Position numbers and translations under genes: made by a program. From positions 160,001 to 224,000 of IMG/VR virus record IMGVR_UViG_3300031418_000005: a stretch of 64,000 nucleotides of DNA; one strand, 5' to 3'. The DNA is from a virus. Positions within the stretch are counted from its first letter, which is position 1; every line of letters begins with the position of its first letter. The notes beneath the pieces were generated by a model, which worked only from the letters and a program-made list of their open reading frames with translations, searched no databases and was not told the origin of the DNA. Below are positions 19,904 to 29,065 of this stretch, one piece after another.

Positions 19904-20008
19904 TTAAAACCAGCCCTGCGTTAACGCAAAGACTGCCCCGATTACTGTGCACACGATCGCGCAGGCACTAAGTACCGTCGCTTTAAACAACGCGATAAGA
20001 AAAGCCAT
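19904..20008 (-). CDS. 34-aa membrane peptide (not in ORF track)
   Basis: MAFLIALFKATVLSACAIVCTVIGAVFALTQGWF; start overlaps upstream stop (TGATG), GGAGG RBS. Confidence 0.5.
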   Translation of the reverse strand: MAFLIALFKATVLSACAIVCTVIGAVFALTQGWF

Positions 20009-20268
20009 CACGCTGCCTCCCGGTCATCGTAAGCCGGGTCCCGCAATAACGGAGGACGCGTTGAGAGACGGCCTAGATAAATCCCCTCGATGAAGATGAG
20101 CAGGATTATAACCCACAAGCCCGGTGATGCAGAAATCACAAGTAATCCCCACAGCACCAGAACATGCAATACTAACAGTGCTGCTATCTTCAGCTTTGAT
20201 TTACCACGACGTCTTCCCATCGAACGCCCATCCCTTATGTTTGATAATCCAGTCCCAGGCTTTTCCAA
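20008..20268 (-). CDS. small two-TM membrane protein
   Basis: Two hydrophobic segments; probable start MGRRRG. Confidence 0.55.
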   Translation of the reverse strand: MEKPGTGLSNIRDGRSMGRRRGKSKLKIAALLVLHVLVLWGLLVISASPGLWVIILLIFIEGIYLGRLSTRPPLLRDPAYDDREAA

Positions 20269-20311
20269 CCAGCCACAGGGAACCCAGCACTAATGCGATT
20301 CCTACTTCCAT
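20201..20311 (-). CDS. 36-aa membrane peptide (not in ORF track)
   Basis: MEVGIALVLGSLWLVGKAWDWIIKHKGWAFDGKTSW; TAATG coupling with the upstream ORF. Confidence 0.45.
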   Translation of the reverse strand: MEVGIALVLGSLWLVGKAWDWIIKHKGWAFDGKTSW

Positions 20312-20562
20312 TATTTCCCCCGGTACTCATACTCTATCGGCGGCTTAAAGCCCCAATCCCACGCCATCTTTAACCCCTGCGCAAGATAGAAACCCAAGTG
20401 GACAATAATCACACCCGCACAAAACAGTAAATAGAAAAAGCCGATCAGTGTGGCAACAACCCAGAATAACACACTGACCAGCTCACGTCCCCAATCACGC
20501 TGCGTAGACAATTTTAACTCCCTCGTTATAGACAGGAGGCAGCGTAACCCCTTCCGGCTCAA
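20311..20562 (-). CDS. small membrane protein (start uncertain)
   Basis: Long hydrophobic stretch, follows SbcC. Confidence 0.45.
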   Translation of the reverse strand: MSRKGLRCLLSITRELKLSTQRDWGRELVSVLFWVVATLIGFFYLLFCAGVIIVHLGFYLAQGLKMAWDWGFKPPIEYEYRGK

Positions 20563-23005
20563 CTACACAGTACGTCGCCTCGTTGAGCTTGGAATGTACT
20601 TCCGCCTCATGTGAGACTACCAACAGTTGAGAGAACTCACCAGATTGCGCAATGGATTTGATAAAGCCCACGAGAGAATTCTTGTGTTCTTCATCCATGC
20701 CTTCTGAGGGTTCATCCAATACCAAGGGGAATTGGTGTAAATTGAGTGCCTTATACGCAGTCAGTCGGAACATCAAGTTAAAGATTGCACGCTGGGCTTT
20801 GGAGCCTTTGCGCACATCCGGTACTGGCTCGGGATGCGTTTTCATTTGCACCGGGAAAGTGTAGTCCAAATCCCCCTCGGTTAAATCACACGGCATCACC
20901 CGCATCGGATACGACCAAACACGGTCGATATAACGTGACATCAATTCCGTAATACGCACAATGGCATTGTAGAAGTATTTACGCAATACCCCTTTCTCCG
21001 GCGACCAGGCTTGAATCATCAACTTGTTGTTAAAGTGTTGGGCCTGTAAATCTGCCAGTTCTTTTTCCAACGCATCGAGATTCGCCAGTTCGTTTTCCAT
21101 TTGACGCCAGCGTTCACGGGCCGTGGTATACGCATCCAGCTTGTTCTCACGGGCAGACAACAACTCGTTAACCAGGGTGTTGGTCATCGACGATTGTACG
21201 TCATTGCCGAGGCGTGAGAAAAGGCTGTTAAAATGGTCTACAGCACGTTTAACATTTTCCTGGTACGTCAGGACTGCTGTCACCTCTTCAACCGCTCTAC
21301 GTCGCTCTGAGAGACGCTCAGTCGCATCACCCAGTCTACCACGAAGGTGTTCGATTTTCTGATGCAGCGCGCCGTCCACATTACCCACGGCGGCAACGGC
21401 TTCGGCCCAGTCTTTCTCAGCACGAGCCAAACGTTGGCGGGTCTGCATACAGTTAAGCGCACAGTTCAGTTCTTCGCTGAAGGTGTTGCATAGCCCACCG
21501 AACAGATGCCGATTGTCGGTGAACACATCCTTTTCCTGCAGCTTCTTAAAGAACAGGCTGAGTACCGGGTCTTTGGAATACGTCAGGACAATCTCACGCA
21601 CCTGACGCAGGTAACCGACATCACTCTCCACGTTTTTGCGGTTTTCCAGCAAAGTTTCAAGTTCTTCTTCTACCTGTTTCTTCCACACCACGTTCTCGTT
21701 GATTTCACGCTCAATCACGTCAAGCGGTTTACGCACCCCTGGACGGAAACGGTGGGTACACTTCGGACAATCCACCTCTGCAGTATCCAGGAAGTGTCCC
21801 CGCTCGTGCTCCAGACCATGCAGTACGTTCCTCACACGCTGTAGACGTTCGTTCAATCCCGCAGAAATCTGATCGAAGCGGCATAAACGTTCTTCCAGTA
21901 CCGCCAGACGCTCGTTTGAGTGCACAGCATCCAGCGTAGTGCCTAACTTCTGTCCCCAGACACGCGCATCCGTTGCCTGACGAATCATATCCGCGTTGAT
22001 GTACTCACCGGTGAACAAATCTGGAAACGCCCAGGGTTGGTTTTCCCAGTTTGCCAGTTCTTCACGTAACTTGGTTAGGGTTTGACTGAGCCCCTCGTGG
22101 TTACGCATCAGATAATCCTGACGGGTCGACTCATCCAGCAAGGTCGACAGCTCTTTGTTGAGCATCGAGACCTCGGTTTCAGCCGCAACGGCAAACTCAC
22201 GCAAACATGTTTCGTTCGCACGGGTTGAGCGAATGGTTTCTTCACTCGGAATCACGCCCCGGTGTTTCAGAATGAGATCCGTCATGGGTTTCATCTGTTG
22301 CAGCAGCTGTTCAATGCTACGCTTTGAAATGGCGTGGTTCATACCCGGCAGTTGTTCAAGCGTACGGTTCAACTCACGCAGCTCAGTATCCAGAATATTC
22401 AACCGGTCAGCTAACTGATGACGTTCCTCACCGTCCTGCACGACCCGCATCTTCAACTCGGCAATTTTGCGACTGGTGTGATCCATCGCGCCGTTTAAGT
22501 TGGTGAGGTTTTTGCGCAGGCGGGCATAGAAGCCAAGCGCGTAGGTCAGGTCGGACGACGAGAGTTTGTTCAACCACTTACGACGCAAATCAGTACCAGC
22601 ATCAGTAAGCAGAATTTCCCCGTTAATAAGTTCTTTGATTTCTTTGGTGAGACCCGTCAGTTCTTCGACGCGGGAGTTGTAGACTTTTGAATTGGCATTG
22701 TCTATCAGTTTTTCACCGGTGGTCAGGTTCTCAATGTCACAGACGAGAGAGCTACCTTTACGTTTGACATGGAATTTGAAACGCTGGTCTCCCACGAGTG
22801 CATAGTTCGTGTAAGAGCCCCCGTCTCGGAATTCTGTTTTGGAGGGTGCTAATGGCAGAAAGACAGACAGCAAGCTTGTCTTACCGCAGCCATTGCCACC
22901 AAGAATGATGGTAACGGTCGACTGGAGTGTGAAGTCGAAAGTCTCGATTTCATGCAACCCCATACCGGTAAATCCTTTCAGAATGATACGCTCGACCTTT
23001 AGCAT
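20495..23005 (-). CDS. SbcC/Rad50-like SMC ATPase
   Basis: Walker A GGNGCGKTS, coiled coils with central CPKC zinc hook, signature GSKAQ, Walker B LDEP, VSHE. Confidence 0.9.
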   Translation of the reverse strand: MLKVERIILKGFTGMGLHEIETFDFTLQSTVTIILGGNGCGKTSLLSVFLPLAPSKTEFRDGGSYTNYALVGDQRFKFHVKRKGSSLVCDIENLTTGEKLIDNANSKVYNSRVEELTGLTKEIKELINGEILLTDAGTDLRRKWLNKLSSSDLTYALGFYARLRKNLTNLNGAMDHTSRKIAELKMRVVQDGEERHQLADRLNILDTELRELNRTLEQLPGMNHAISKRSIEQLLQQMKPMTDLILKHRGVIPSEETIRSTRANETCLREFAVAAETEVSMLNKELSTLLDESTRQDYLMRNHEGLSQTLTKLREELANWENQPWAFPDLFTGEYINADMIRQATDARVWGQKLGTTLDAVHSNERLAVLEERLCRFDQISAGLNERLQRVRNVLHGLEHERGHFLDTAEVDCPKCTHRFRPGVRKPLDVIEREINENVVWKKQVEEELETLLENRKNVESDVGYLRQVREIVLTYSKDPVLSLFFKKLQEKDVFTDNRHLFGGLCNTFSEELNCALNCMQTRQRLARAEKDWAEAVAAVGNVDGALHQKIEHLRGRLGDATERLSERRRAVEEVTAVLTYQENVKRAVDHFNSLFSRLGNDVQSSMTNTLVNELLSARENKLDAYTTARERWRQMENELANLDALEKELADLQAQHFNNKLMIQAWSPEKGVLRKYFYNAIVRITELMSRYIDRVWSYPMRVMPCDLTEGDLDYTFPVQMKTHPEPVPDVRKGSKAQRAIFNLMFRLTAYKALNLHQFPLVLDEPSEGMDEEHKNSLVGFIKSIAQSGEFSQLLVVSHEAEVHSKLNEATYCVVEPEGVTLPPVYNEGVKIVYAA

Positions 23006-23073
23006 GGTTGCCTTCTAATGAAAAAGTATTAGTTTCTACATATCCATTAAAGTCAAGCGTAAAAAAATAGAAG

Positions 23074-23093
23074 TGGAGACCCGAAGGTCTCCA
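23074..23093 (-). terminator. intrinsic terminator
   Basis: TGGAGACC-CGAA-GGTCTCCA, UUCG loop and U-tract on the minus strand. Confidence 0.75.
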
Positions 23094-23107
23094 ACTATTT
23101 GATACCA

Positions 23108-23716
23108 TTACTCTTTGTACTTTTTGTAGCCGGACATCAGCCAGTAACTCTCTGCTTTTGACAGGTCGGACCAGGCTTTACCTGCGGGGCTCATTACTAC
23201 CTCTGCTGTTTGTTCGCAGAGTAAGGCCGTCAGTTCCGCAGTTTTGCCTGGTGCTACTTTATCCAGGTAAACCGGGTACAGATACGTCATGGGAATTTCT
23301 TCGTAGGGGAACGATTGGTGATTTTCTTCTTTCCACCCGTCAGCCGCATTACCCACAATCCAACTTACCGTCGTGGGTTTTTCCCCGATCCAGTTGACAC
23401 GTTCAGCGATCATGTTGTCGCCCTGGATGTAGAAGAACAGTACCCGGCGCGGTACATCCACACTTCCATTGGGTTCGATGGCCGTGAGGGCCTTAAACGG
23501 TGTGGTGTTTAGCGTGAGGTCTTGTTGGTTTTCCAGCGCCTCTTTTAATTTGGCGTACGCTTGTGGTGTGTATTTCTCAAAATACGCCACCAGGCGAGGG
23601 TACTCGAGAAAACCTTCAATTTCTTCTGCCATCAAATCGATGTACAGCTTATTGGTAGGGGTAACTTCATTACCACGCATCGCTTCAATGAAACGTACCA
23701 ATGTCAGTTCGTTCAT
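23108..23716 (-). CDS. hypothetical protein
   Basis: 202 aa, TAAGG RBS. Confidence 0.7.
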   Translation of the reverse strand: MNELTLVRFIEAMRGNEVTPTNKLYIDLMAEEIEGFLEYPRLVAYFEKYTPQAYAKLKEALENQQDLTLNTTPFKALTAIEPNGSVDVPRRVLFFYIQGDNMIAERVNWIGEKPTTVSWIVGNAADGWKEENHQSFPYEEIPMTYLYPVYLDKVAPGKTAELTALLCEQTAEVVMSPAGKAWSDLSKAESYWLMSGYKKYKE

Positions 23717-23744
23717 ACTCGTTCCTTAATTAGTCAAAAAAAGA

Positions 23745-23764
23745 AGGTAGCCCGAAGGCTACCT
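23745..23764 (-). terminator. intrinsic terminator
   Basis: AGGTAGCC-CGAA-GGCTACCT with U-tract on the minus strand. Confidence 0.75.
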
Positions 23765-23770
23765 CTTAGA

Positions 23771-24274
23771 TTACAGCCCCATATGCATGAGCGAAAGAAC
23801 GGGCACTTTCTTACCGTTAATCGTTGCATAAGGTTTGTACATGTCAGCGTTGCAGGTATACACCTGGTTGGCGGCAACGCGCTCACCACTGGACAGTTCC
23901 AGGATGTCTGCGCTGTTGTCCCAGAAGTCACTGATGAGAACGTGGTCAAGCGTTTCGTCATCCTGACGGTCTTGCACGCCGTACGTTACCGGACAGTTAG
24001 CACCAAGTGCCATCAAGACACGCTGGGCACCGAGGATACGGCGATAGTACACATCCAGTTGACGGCACTGTAACACGTCTTCCACCCAGGCGTAGTCAAT
24101 GCTATTGGCCAGGGTGTGAACCGCTTCATCCCACTCGCTATACTGTTTGTGGCGAGTCAGGTCGTCGAGCTGGATCATCTTCCATGCGGTTGACAGCACA
24201 GAACGTAAGTAATCAGGGCGGGCGTTATGTTGGGTAAAGAACGCGATGCGGGTATCTTGAATTTGATTGTTCAT
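23771..24274 (-). CDS. hypothetical protein
   Basis: 167 aa, TAAGG RBS. Confidence 0.7.
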   Translation of the reverse strand: MNNQIQDTRIAFFTQHNARPDYLRSVLSTAWKMIQLDDLTRHKQYSEWDEAVHTLANSIDYAWVEDVLQCRQLDVYYRRILGAQRVLMALGANCPVTYGVQDRQDDETLDHVLISDFWDNSADILELSSGERVAANQVYTCNADMYKPYATINGKKVPVLSLMHMGL

Positions 24275-24413
24275 GGTTTAATCCTTAAGGTAATAGTCGA
24301 TAGTGGGGGTCAAAAAGGACCGTGTAACCCGGAAGTTGTTGGGGACTTAGGTTACACGGTCAAGTAAGACGTTGTCGTGGACGTCTTACAGTTGGCACCT
24401 GTGTGTAGGCGGC

Positions 24414-24812
24414 TTAGTTTTCAAGTGGCACAGAGCCAACCGTCTTACCTTGCTGTTCTACGACGACTAAGTGCTTCTTCGTTTTAGTGTTCTTGGCAAG
24501 CGTGACCTTGAGTGTCGGGTCACAAGTTACCGTGTCAACTGGGATGATCTCTTTCGCTGCTGAATCTAACACGAAGTAATAACCGGCTGGGCATGACGCA
24601 CCTCCGTCGGCTTTCACCAGAATGAAGTGGTCGTGTTGTCCCAGTTCGCTACACACGTCCGCCTGGGTCGTGCACACTTCGAACGACGGCGGATTATAGC
24701 TATACGGTGTATCGGCAAGAAGTAAATCACTGACTGAGGTTGATGCAGTCGCGCTGACAGTGGACACCGCGAACGCAATAACGAACAGGATACAACCAAC
24801 AACTCCACGCAT
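24414..24812 (-). CDS. secreted Cys-containing protein (paralog array)
   Basis: Signal peptide, GGASCPAGYY motif. Confidence 0.65.
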   Translation of the reverse strand: MRGVVGCILFVIAFAVSTVSATASTSVSDLLLADTPYSYNPPSFEVCTTQADVCSELGQHDHFILVKADGGASCPAGYYFVLDSAAKEIIPVDTVTCDPTLKVTLAKNTKTKKHLVVVEQQGKTVGSVPLEN

Positions 24813-24824
24813 GGTAAAAGTCCT

Positions 24825-25238
24825 TTAATAATTAATTGGATTAACCCCAACGTTCTTACGATTCGTTGGGTCGTACAAGATGACGGTCAACGTGTTGTCC
24901 TCGGGAGAGCGAGCAAAGTCGGCTACCGCTTCACCGTGGCACGTTTGATTGTCGTTATACATCATTATCTTTGCCTTACCGTTAGTAAGGTTGATAACCC
25001 CGTACTGCGGGTCAGGACACCCCGTACCACCGAGTATCTTCACCAACGCATAGCGGGCGTTATCAGAGATAGTGACAACACTACACGACTTATCCGCAAT
25101 ATCGCTATTCTGGCACCAGAACAACGAACCGTCCGACACGTCGGTAACCTGCCTTGGCAATTCAACCGTCGGTGCTGCAGCGTTAGCAAAGAAGCTTGCC
25201 AGTGCAGCGATTAATAATGGAAGCATGAAATGTTTCAT
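24825..25238 (-). CDS. secreted Cys-containing protein (paralog array)
   Basis: Start MKHF, signal ending ANA, FWC..C..GGTGCP..C. Confidence 0.65.
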   Translation of the reverse strand: MKHFMLPLLIAALASFFANAAAPTVELPRQVTDVSDGSLFWCQNSDIADKSCSVVTISDNARYALVKILGGTGCPDPQYGVINLTNGKAKIMMYNDNQTCHGEAVADFARSPEDNTLTVILYDPTNRKNVGVNPINY

Positions 25239-25260
25239 GATTACACCCTTAAGTAGGAAA

Positions 25261-25746
25261 CTACTCCGTAACGTATTGTAACGATTCCACTGGCATGTTA
25301 TTGAAATACATGACCACATCAGCCAGGGACTGTGGATTTTGGGATTGAACAAACCCCACTTTAAAGTTACCGCGACAGTAGTCGGCAAAACTGACTTTAT
25401 CACTCGGATAAAGCGTCATGGCGACACCAGACAATCGGTCGACAATCCCCCAGACGCCTTTCGGACAATTGGCATCTGGACGAGGTTGGTTCACGATTGC
25501 AATTCGCTTGCTAGGCGAAATGTCGACAACGCGACATGTTTTGTGGAGCAAACCATACTGGTTACACCAGAAGGGCTTACCCGTGCTGGACTCTTTGGTG
25601 ATGGCCGGGATACCGCCTGAGACACTCCCTGACCACCCATTTTCAACGTTCGCGTTGGCCTGACGGGCACAGGCAACCACACCCATCAGGAACAACGTAA
25701 ACAGTATAACTTTAACGGCGTACTTGCTTATGCGAATTGATCTCAT
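25261..25746 (-). CDS. secreted Cys-containing protein (paralog array)
   Basis: Signal ending ANA, FWC..C..NCPKG..C. Confidence 0.65.
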   Translation of the reverse strand: MRSIRISKYAVKVILFTLFLMGVVACARQANANVENGWSGSVSGGIPAITKESSTGKPFWCNQYGLLHKTCRVVDISPSKRIAIVNQPRPDANCPKGVWGIVDRLSGVAMTLYPSDKVSFADYCRGNFKVGFVQSQNPQSLADVVMYFNNMPVESLQYVTE

Positions 25747-26146
25747 CTTTGATATCTCCACGATTGAGAGTTACTCTCCCAACCATGGTCGCATTGTGGA
25801 AGAAATCAATGGCGACGAGATTGGGCAGCTCGAGAGGCTGTACACTCACGGAGGTAATATCCGGTTGGGTACAGCTGATGTCGTATAGCCGCTGATAGAC
25901 TTTATGTCCGCGGCGTTTGTCTGCGTCTTCAATGACCAATCCCGTACACTTACCTGCTGCCATGAGCTTATAGATGTTAAGCGTCTCTACCTTTCGAAGC
26001 AGTACCGGTTCTTCGTCCGGATTCAGCATCGATGCTTCGTCAGCAGGTATAGAATCTGCCAACGCTTTCTCAGGATAGATGTACGTCGCCGCAACACCAA
26101 TAATACAAACAGCAATAACCACTTTCAGGAAAGTTTTGATTTTCAT
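25712..26146 (-). CDS. secreted or membrane-anchored protein
   Basis: Start MKIK, signal ending ALA, two Cys in the mature part. Confidence 0.6.
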   Translation of the reverse strand: MKIKTFLKVVIAVCIIGVAATYIYPEKALADSIPADEASMLNPDEEPVLLRKVETLNIYKLMAAGKCTGLVIEDADKRRGHKVYQRLYDISCTQPDITSVSVQPLELPNLVAIDFFHNATMVGRVTLNRGDIKDEINSHKQVRR

Positions 26147-26165
26147 ATTCTTCTCAATAGTCGAA

Positions 26166-26405
26166 TTAGTTAACAAGTTTATAATGCGCCACATCAAAAC
26201 GTTTTGTTTCGAATGTGGTCAGGTGTGTTGCGAGGATAGTCGTAGTGAGTGGGATTCTACAGTCCCTTACTTCACGACTAATGGGCAATACATACCCGTC
26301 TGGATAGGCGACAAAGTGCATCACATCATCCAGCTCTTGGCTACAATAAATAACTCTGTAGCGATCCACAGTCTTACCAACACGATCCGCGATGATAAGT
26401 TCCAT
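26166..26405 (-). CDS. hypothetical protein
   Basis: Start MELII downstream of a terminator hairpin. Confidence 0.5.
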   Translation of the reverse strand: MELIIADRVGKTVDRYRVIYCSQELDDVMHFVAYPDGYVLPISREVRDCRIPLTTTILATHLTTFETKRFDVAHYKLVN

Positions 26406-26433
26406 GATAGTCCCCGGTGAAATAAATAGAAAA

Positions 26434-26455
26434 TAGGCGACCCGAAGGCCGCCTA
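26434..26455 (-). terminator. intrinsic terminator
   Basis: TAGGCG-ACCCGAAGGC-CGCCTA. Confidence 0.65.
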
Positions 26456-26459
26456 ACAA

Positions 26460-27851
26460 TTAGCTTGGTAAGCGCCAGAAAGTGCGCGCTTCAGGGTGCC
26501 AATCCAACCCTGCGGCAATATGATCCTTGAAGAAATCATCAAAGCTGTAAACTAAAACATACCGCTTAAATGATTTACGTTCAGTCACTGTCAAGGAGAG
26601 GGTCGTGCTATCAATGAAGCGGATATCACGTTCCCAGTCACCTTTGTTGTAACGAATCAGATCACTAAAGTAGTTATCCAGCCATTTCTGGAAGTCTTCC
26701 AGTAATCCAGCCACTGCCCGCAGCGGGAGAAAACCATCGTTGCGTGTCGGCAACTTCGCATCGTTTGCACGAGTCAGTGTCGCGAACATAAGCTGCGAGA
26801 GGTTTTGCTGGAAGGTGTTAAACTCCGCATCGAGACTTTCTTTGTCGTCCATTGCGTCGATGGATTCAACAAACAGGTCACGAAGCCCCTCTTCCTCTTT
26901 AACCTCGGTCGTTGCCCATTCTTGCGGGGCAGGTAACCAGAAGGGATACGCCGGATCAGCTGAGTTAATCTGATGGAAACGCGAAGCTGCCACCATATCC
27001 GAAATGGCGATGAGGAACTCGTAGCAATGGCCCGGAATTTCCACACCTACCACAATGTGCGTGGCTTCTTCCAGCGTGCAGGGTACACGTTCCAGCGGCT
27101 GAGTATCGGTTTTCGGATACTCTTTGAGGTCAATCCACTTGTAGCGCAGATTCTCGACCTCACCACTAAAGTAACGGGTGACATGTCGCAGATACGTTTT
27201 TGCTGAACGCAGAATTTGCTCGCGCGGTGTTGGGACATTGAAGTCACGTACTGCACGTTCTTCTACGCTCGGCGGCCGGATACCTTCAATAGCGTTCATC
27301 AGGTCTTTAGGGAACGGTGCCGCTTTGGGTGTATCCTTTATTGTTGACAGCGTATCGCCTAAAGCCATTTTATCTTCGGCCATAGGCATCTTATCGCCCG
27401 GCACCCAGAAATACTTGTCGTAGGCGAATTCCGCAAACGTGCCGTGCGTCAGCATGTAAGCAATTTGCTCGTTACTAAACGTCACCACTTCCTTCTTCAG
27501 TTCAGGGTGCTCGTTCTGTGTGCGAACAGTAACCCCAAACTGCATGTCTGCTACTTCCCAGGCGATCTCCTGCACCTGAAGATTTTTCATTCCTACCCAG
27601 CTGGCCAGGCCGTCGATAAACTTCTGACGTTTCTGGAAGGTGGATACCACCCCATCGGTTTGTGTGGGGATGTTGCAACTTTCCACGATCAATTTAAAAC
27701 CGGGAAGTTCTAACTCTTTAACAAAAATATCTGTATTCCAAACCATGGTATTCTCCTTTGGCAATCCACACTGGCTGTCCAACGTATTTGGGACAGGGGT
27801 AAGTACAGGCGATTGCCGGGTTATAAAAGCATTGAGACATTCAATGCTCAC
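26460..27851 (-). CDS. hypothetical protein (likely start MVWN with AAGGAG RBS)
   Basis: Long uninterrupted ORF. Confidence 0.7.
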   Translation of the reverse strand: MSIECLNAFITRQSPVLTPVPNTLDSQCGLPKENTMVWNTDIFVKELELPGFKLIVESCNIPTQTDGVVSTFQKRQKFIDGLASWVGMKNLQVQEIAWEVADMQFGVTVRTQNEHPELKKEVVTFSNEQIAYMLTHGTFAEFAYDKYFWVPGDKMPMAEDKMALGDTLSTIKDTPKAAPFPKDLMNAIEGIRPPSVEERAVRDFNVPTPREQILRSAKTYLRHVTRYFSGEVENLRYKWIDLKEYPKTDTQPLERVPCTLEEATHIVVGVEIPGHCYEFLIAISDMVAASRFHQINSADPAYPFWLPAPQEWATTEVKEEEGLRDLFVESIDAMDDKESLDAEFNTFQQNLSQLMFATLTRANDAKLPTRNDGFLPLRAVAGLLEDFQKWLDNYFSDLIRYNKGDWERDIRFIDSTTLSLTVTERKSFKRYVLVYSFDDFFKDHIAAGLDWHPEARTFWRLPS

Positions 27852-27855
27852 CTAA

Positions 27856-27868
27856 GTAATATATATCT
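27856..27868 (-). promoter_or_regulatory. putative early phage promoter (AGATATATATTAC)
   Basis: Contains TATATTAC, the reported phiKZ early promoter consensus; intergenic. Confidence 0.5.
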
Positions 27869-27876
27869 GAAATGAT

Positions 27877-28449
27877 TTATATTACGAATGCGGTTGCGGT
27901 ACGTTTAAAGCCCAGTTTCTTTAAGCGAGCCGACACCATATTGTATTCGGTGCCAGCAAAGCCGTAGGTGCGAATCAGCATCATGTTTAAATCCGGATGC
28001 CCTTCGACCAAATCCAGTTTCATCTTCCACATCCCGTCGATGTAGAGATTGAGTGGGGTGAGTTTCAGGCCCAGACGGGCTTTCTCCGGTACCCAGATAC
28101 GGAAACGAATACGCCCGTACACACTCTTGACCAACCCCGGCGGGAGGAGCAGAAAGGCTTCTAAATAGCAGCGGTCTTTGCTGTACTCTTTGAAGACCTC
28201 GAGTTTAATCTCGCCTTGCAGCTCATCGCTCCAGTAAACCGGACGGATGGTGTGCAGCAGACCCTGCGCTTCGTCGACAAAAATCCCCAACGGCAAATTG
28301 GTGGCCGGATCATTCAGCGTAAGCACGCGGTTCGTCGGGTCGTTAAACAGGATAGACACGCTGGATAACGTTGCCCCTTTCGGCAGGTGATCGCCTTTCG
28401 CCCAGTTCTTTAATTGGGTGATATTCTCGTGCAGCTGAAGTTGTAACAT
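27877..28449 (-). CDS. hypothetical protein
   Basis: 190 aa, AGGAG RBS. Confidence 0.7.
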   Translation of the reverse strand: MLQLQLHENITQLKNWAKGDHLPKGATLSSVSILFNDPTNRVLTLNDPATNLPLGIFVDEAQGLLHTIRPVYWSDELQGEIKLEVFKEYSKDRCYLEAFLLLPPGLVKSVYGRIRFRIWVPEKARLGLKLTPLNLYIDGMWKMKLDLVEGHPDLNMMLIRTYGFAGTEYNMVSARLKKLGFKRTATAFVI

Positions 28450-28496
28450 TTTCGATGCTCCTACAATAATTTAACTTAAGTGTAAAAAAAGAGAAA

Positions 28497-28520
28497 GACA
28501 AGGACCCGAAGGCCCTTGTC
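28497..28520 (-). terminator. intrinsic terminator
   Basis: GACAAGG..CCGAAGG..CCTTGTC with U-tract on the minus strand. Confidence 0.7.
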
Positions 28521-28528
28521 GGTATAAC

Positions 28529-29065
28529 TTACAGCTCAACTTTCTCAATGAAGTTGATGCGTGCAGGGTGGAACGTGTGATACGCGATTGCGCCGGGATA
28601 CGGGCCATGCACTGCGTGCAGCGCACCGTCGTAGTTGTTCATCACCAGCATTTCGTGAATTGTGGTGGTGTTGTAGGCTTCTTCTGCCCACACCGGCAGT
28701 TTGTCGAACTCTTTCGGGAACTGATGGAGCACTTCCATGACGCCCAGTCCCGGATGACGTTCCTGCACACGCTCCCACTCGTTGGTTTCTGCCAGCTCAA
28801 CCTGCAAGCCTGCAGCCACCGCTTGAAACTGGTGCGGAGAGAGGATATCGCGGAAGTCACCAATATCCACGAACGGGTCAGCGCTGTCGTTCGTGAACAG
28901 GTTACTGATAGTCACATTGACTTTACTGATGTGCTGGCCGGTTTGACGCCCGCGCGCAATTTCGATTGCGGTGTCTTTGTCAGCGTAGATAACCTGAGAC
29001 AACATCAGGTTAGTGTCAACAAAAGGTTGCGGGGTAACAACATAGCCTTCGTATTGCATTCTCAT
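28529..29065 (-). CDS. hypothetical protein, possible ADP-ribosyltransferase-like fold
   Basis: C-terminal NYDG....Y.TF.P.RI pattern. Confidence 0.45.
   Translation of the reverse strand: MRMQYEGYVVTPQPFVDTNLMLSQVIYADKDTAIEIARGRQTGQHISKVNVTISNLFTNDSADPFVDIGDFRDILSPHQFQAVAAGLQVELAETNEWERVQERHPGLGVMEVLHQFPKEFDKLPVWAEEAYNTTTIHEMLVMNNYDGALHAVHGPYPGAIAYHTFHPARINFIEKVEL

Noticed and set aside
24300-24410. Possible tRNA in the structured intergenic region
   Set aside because: No cloverleaf, T-loop (GTTCRA) or CCA end recognisable.
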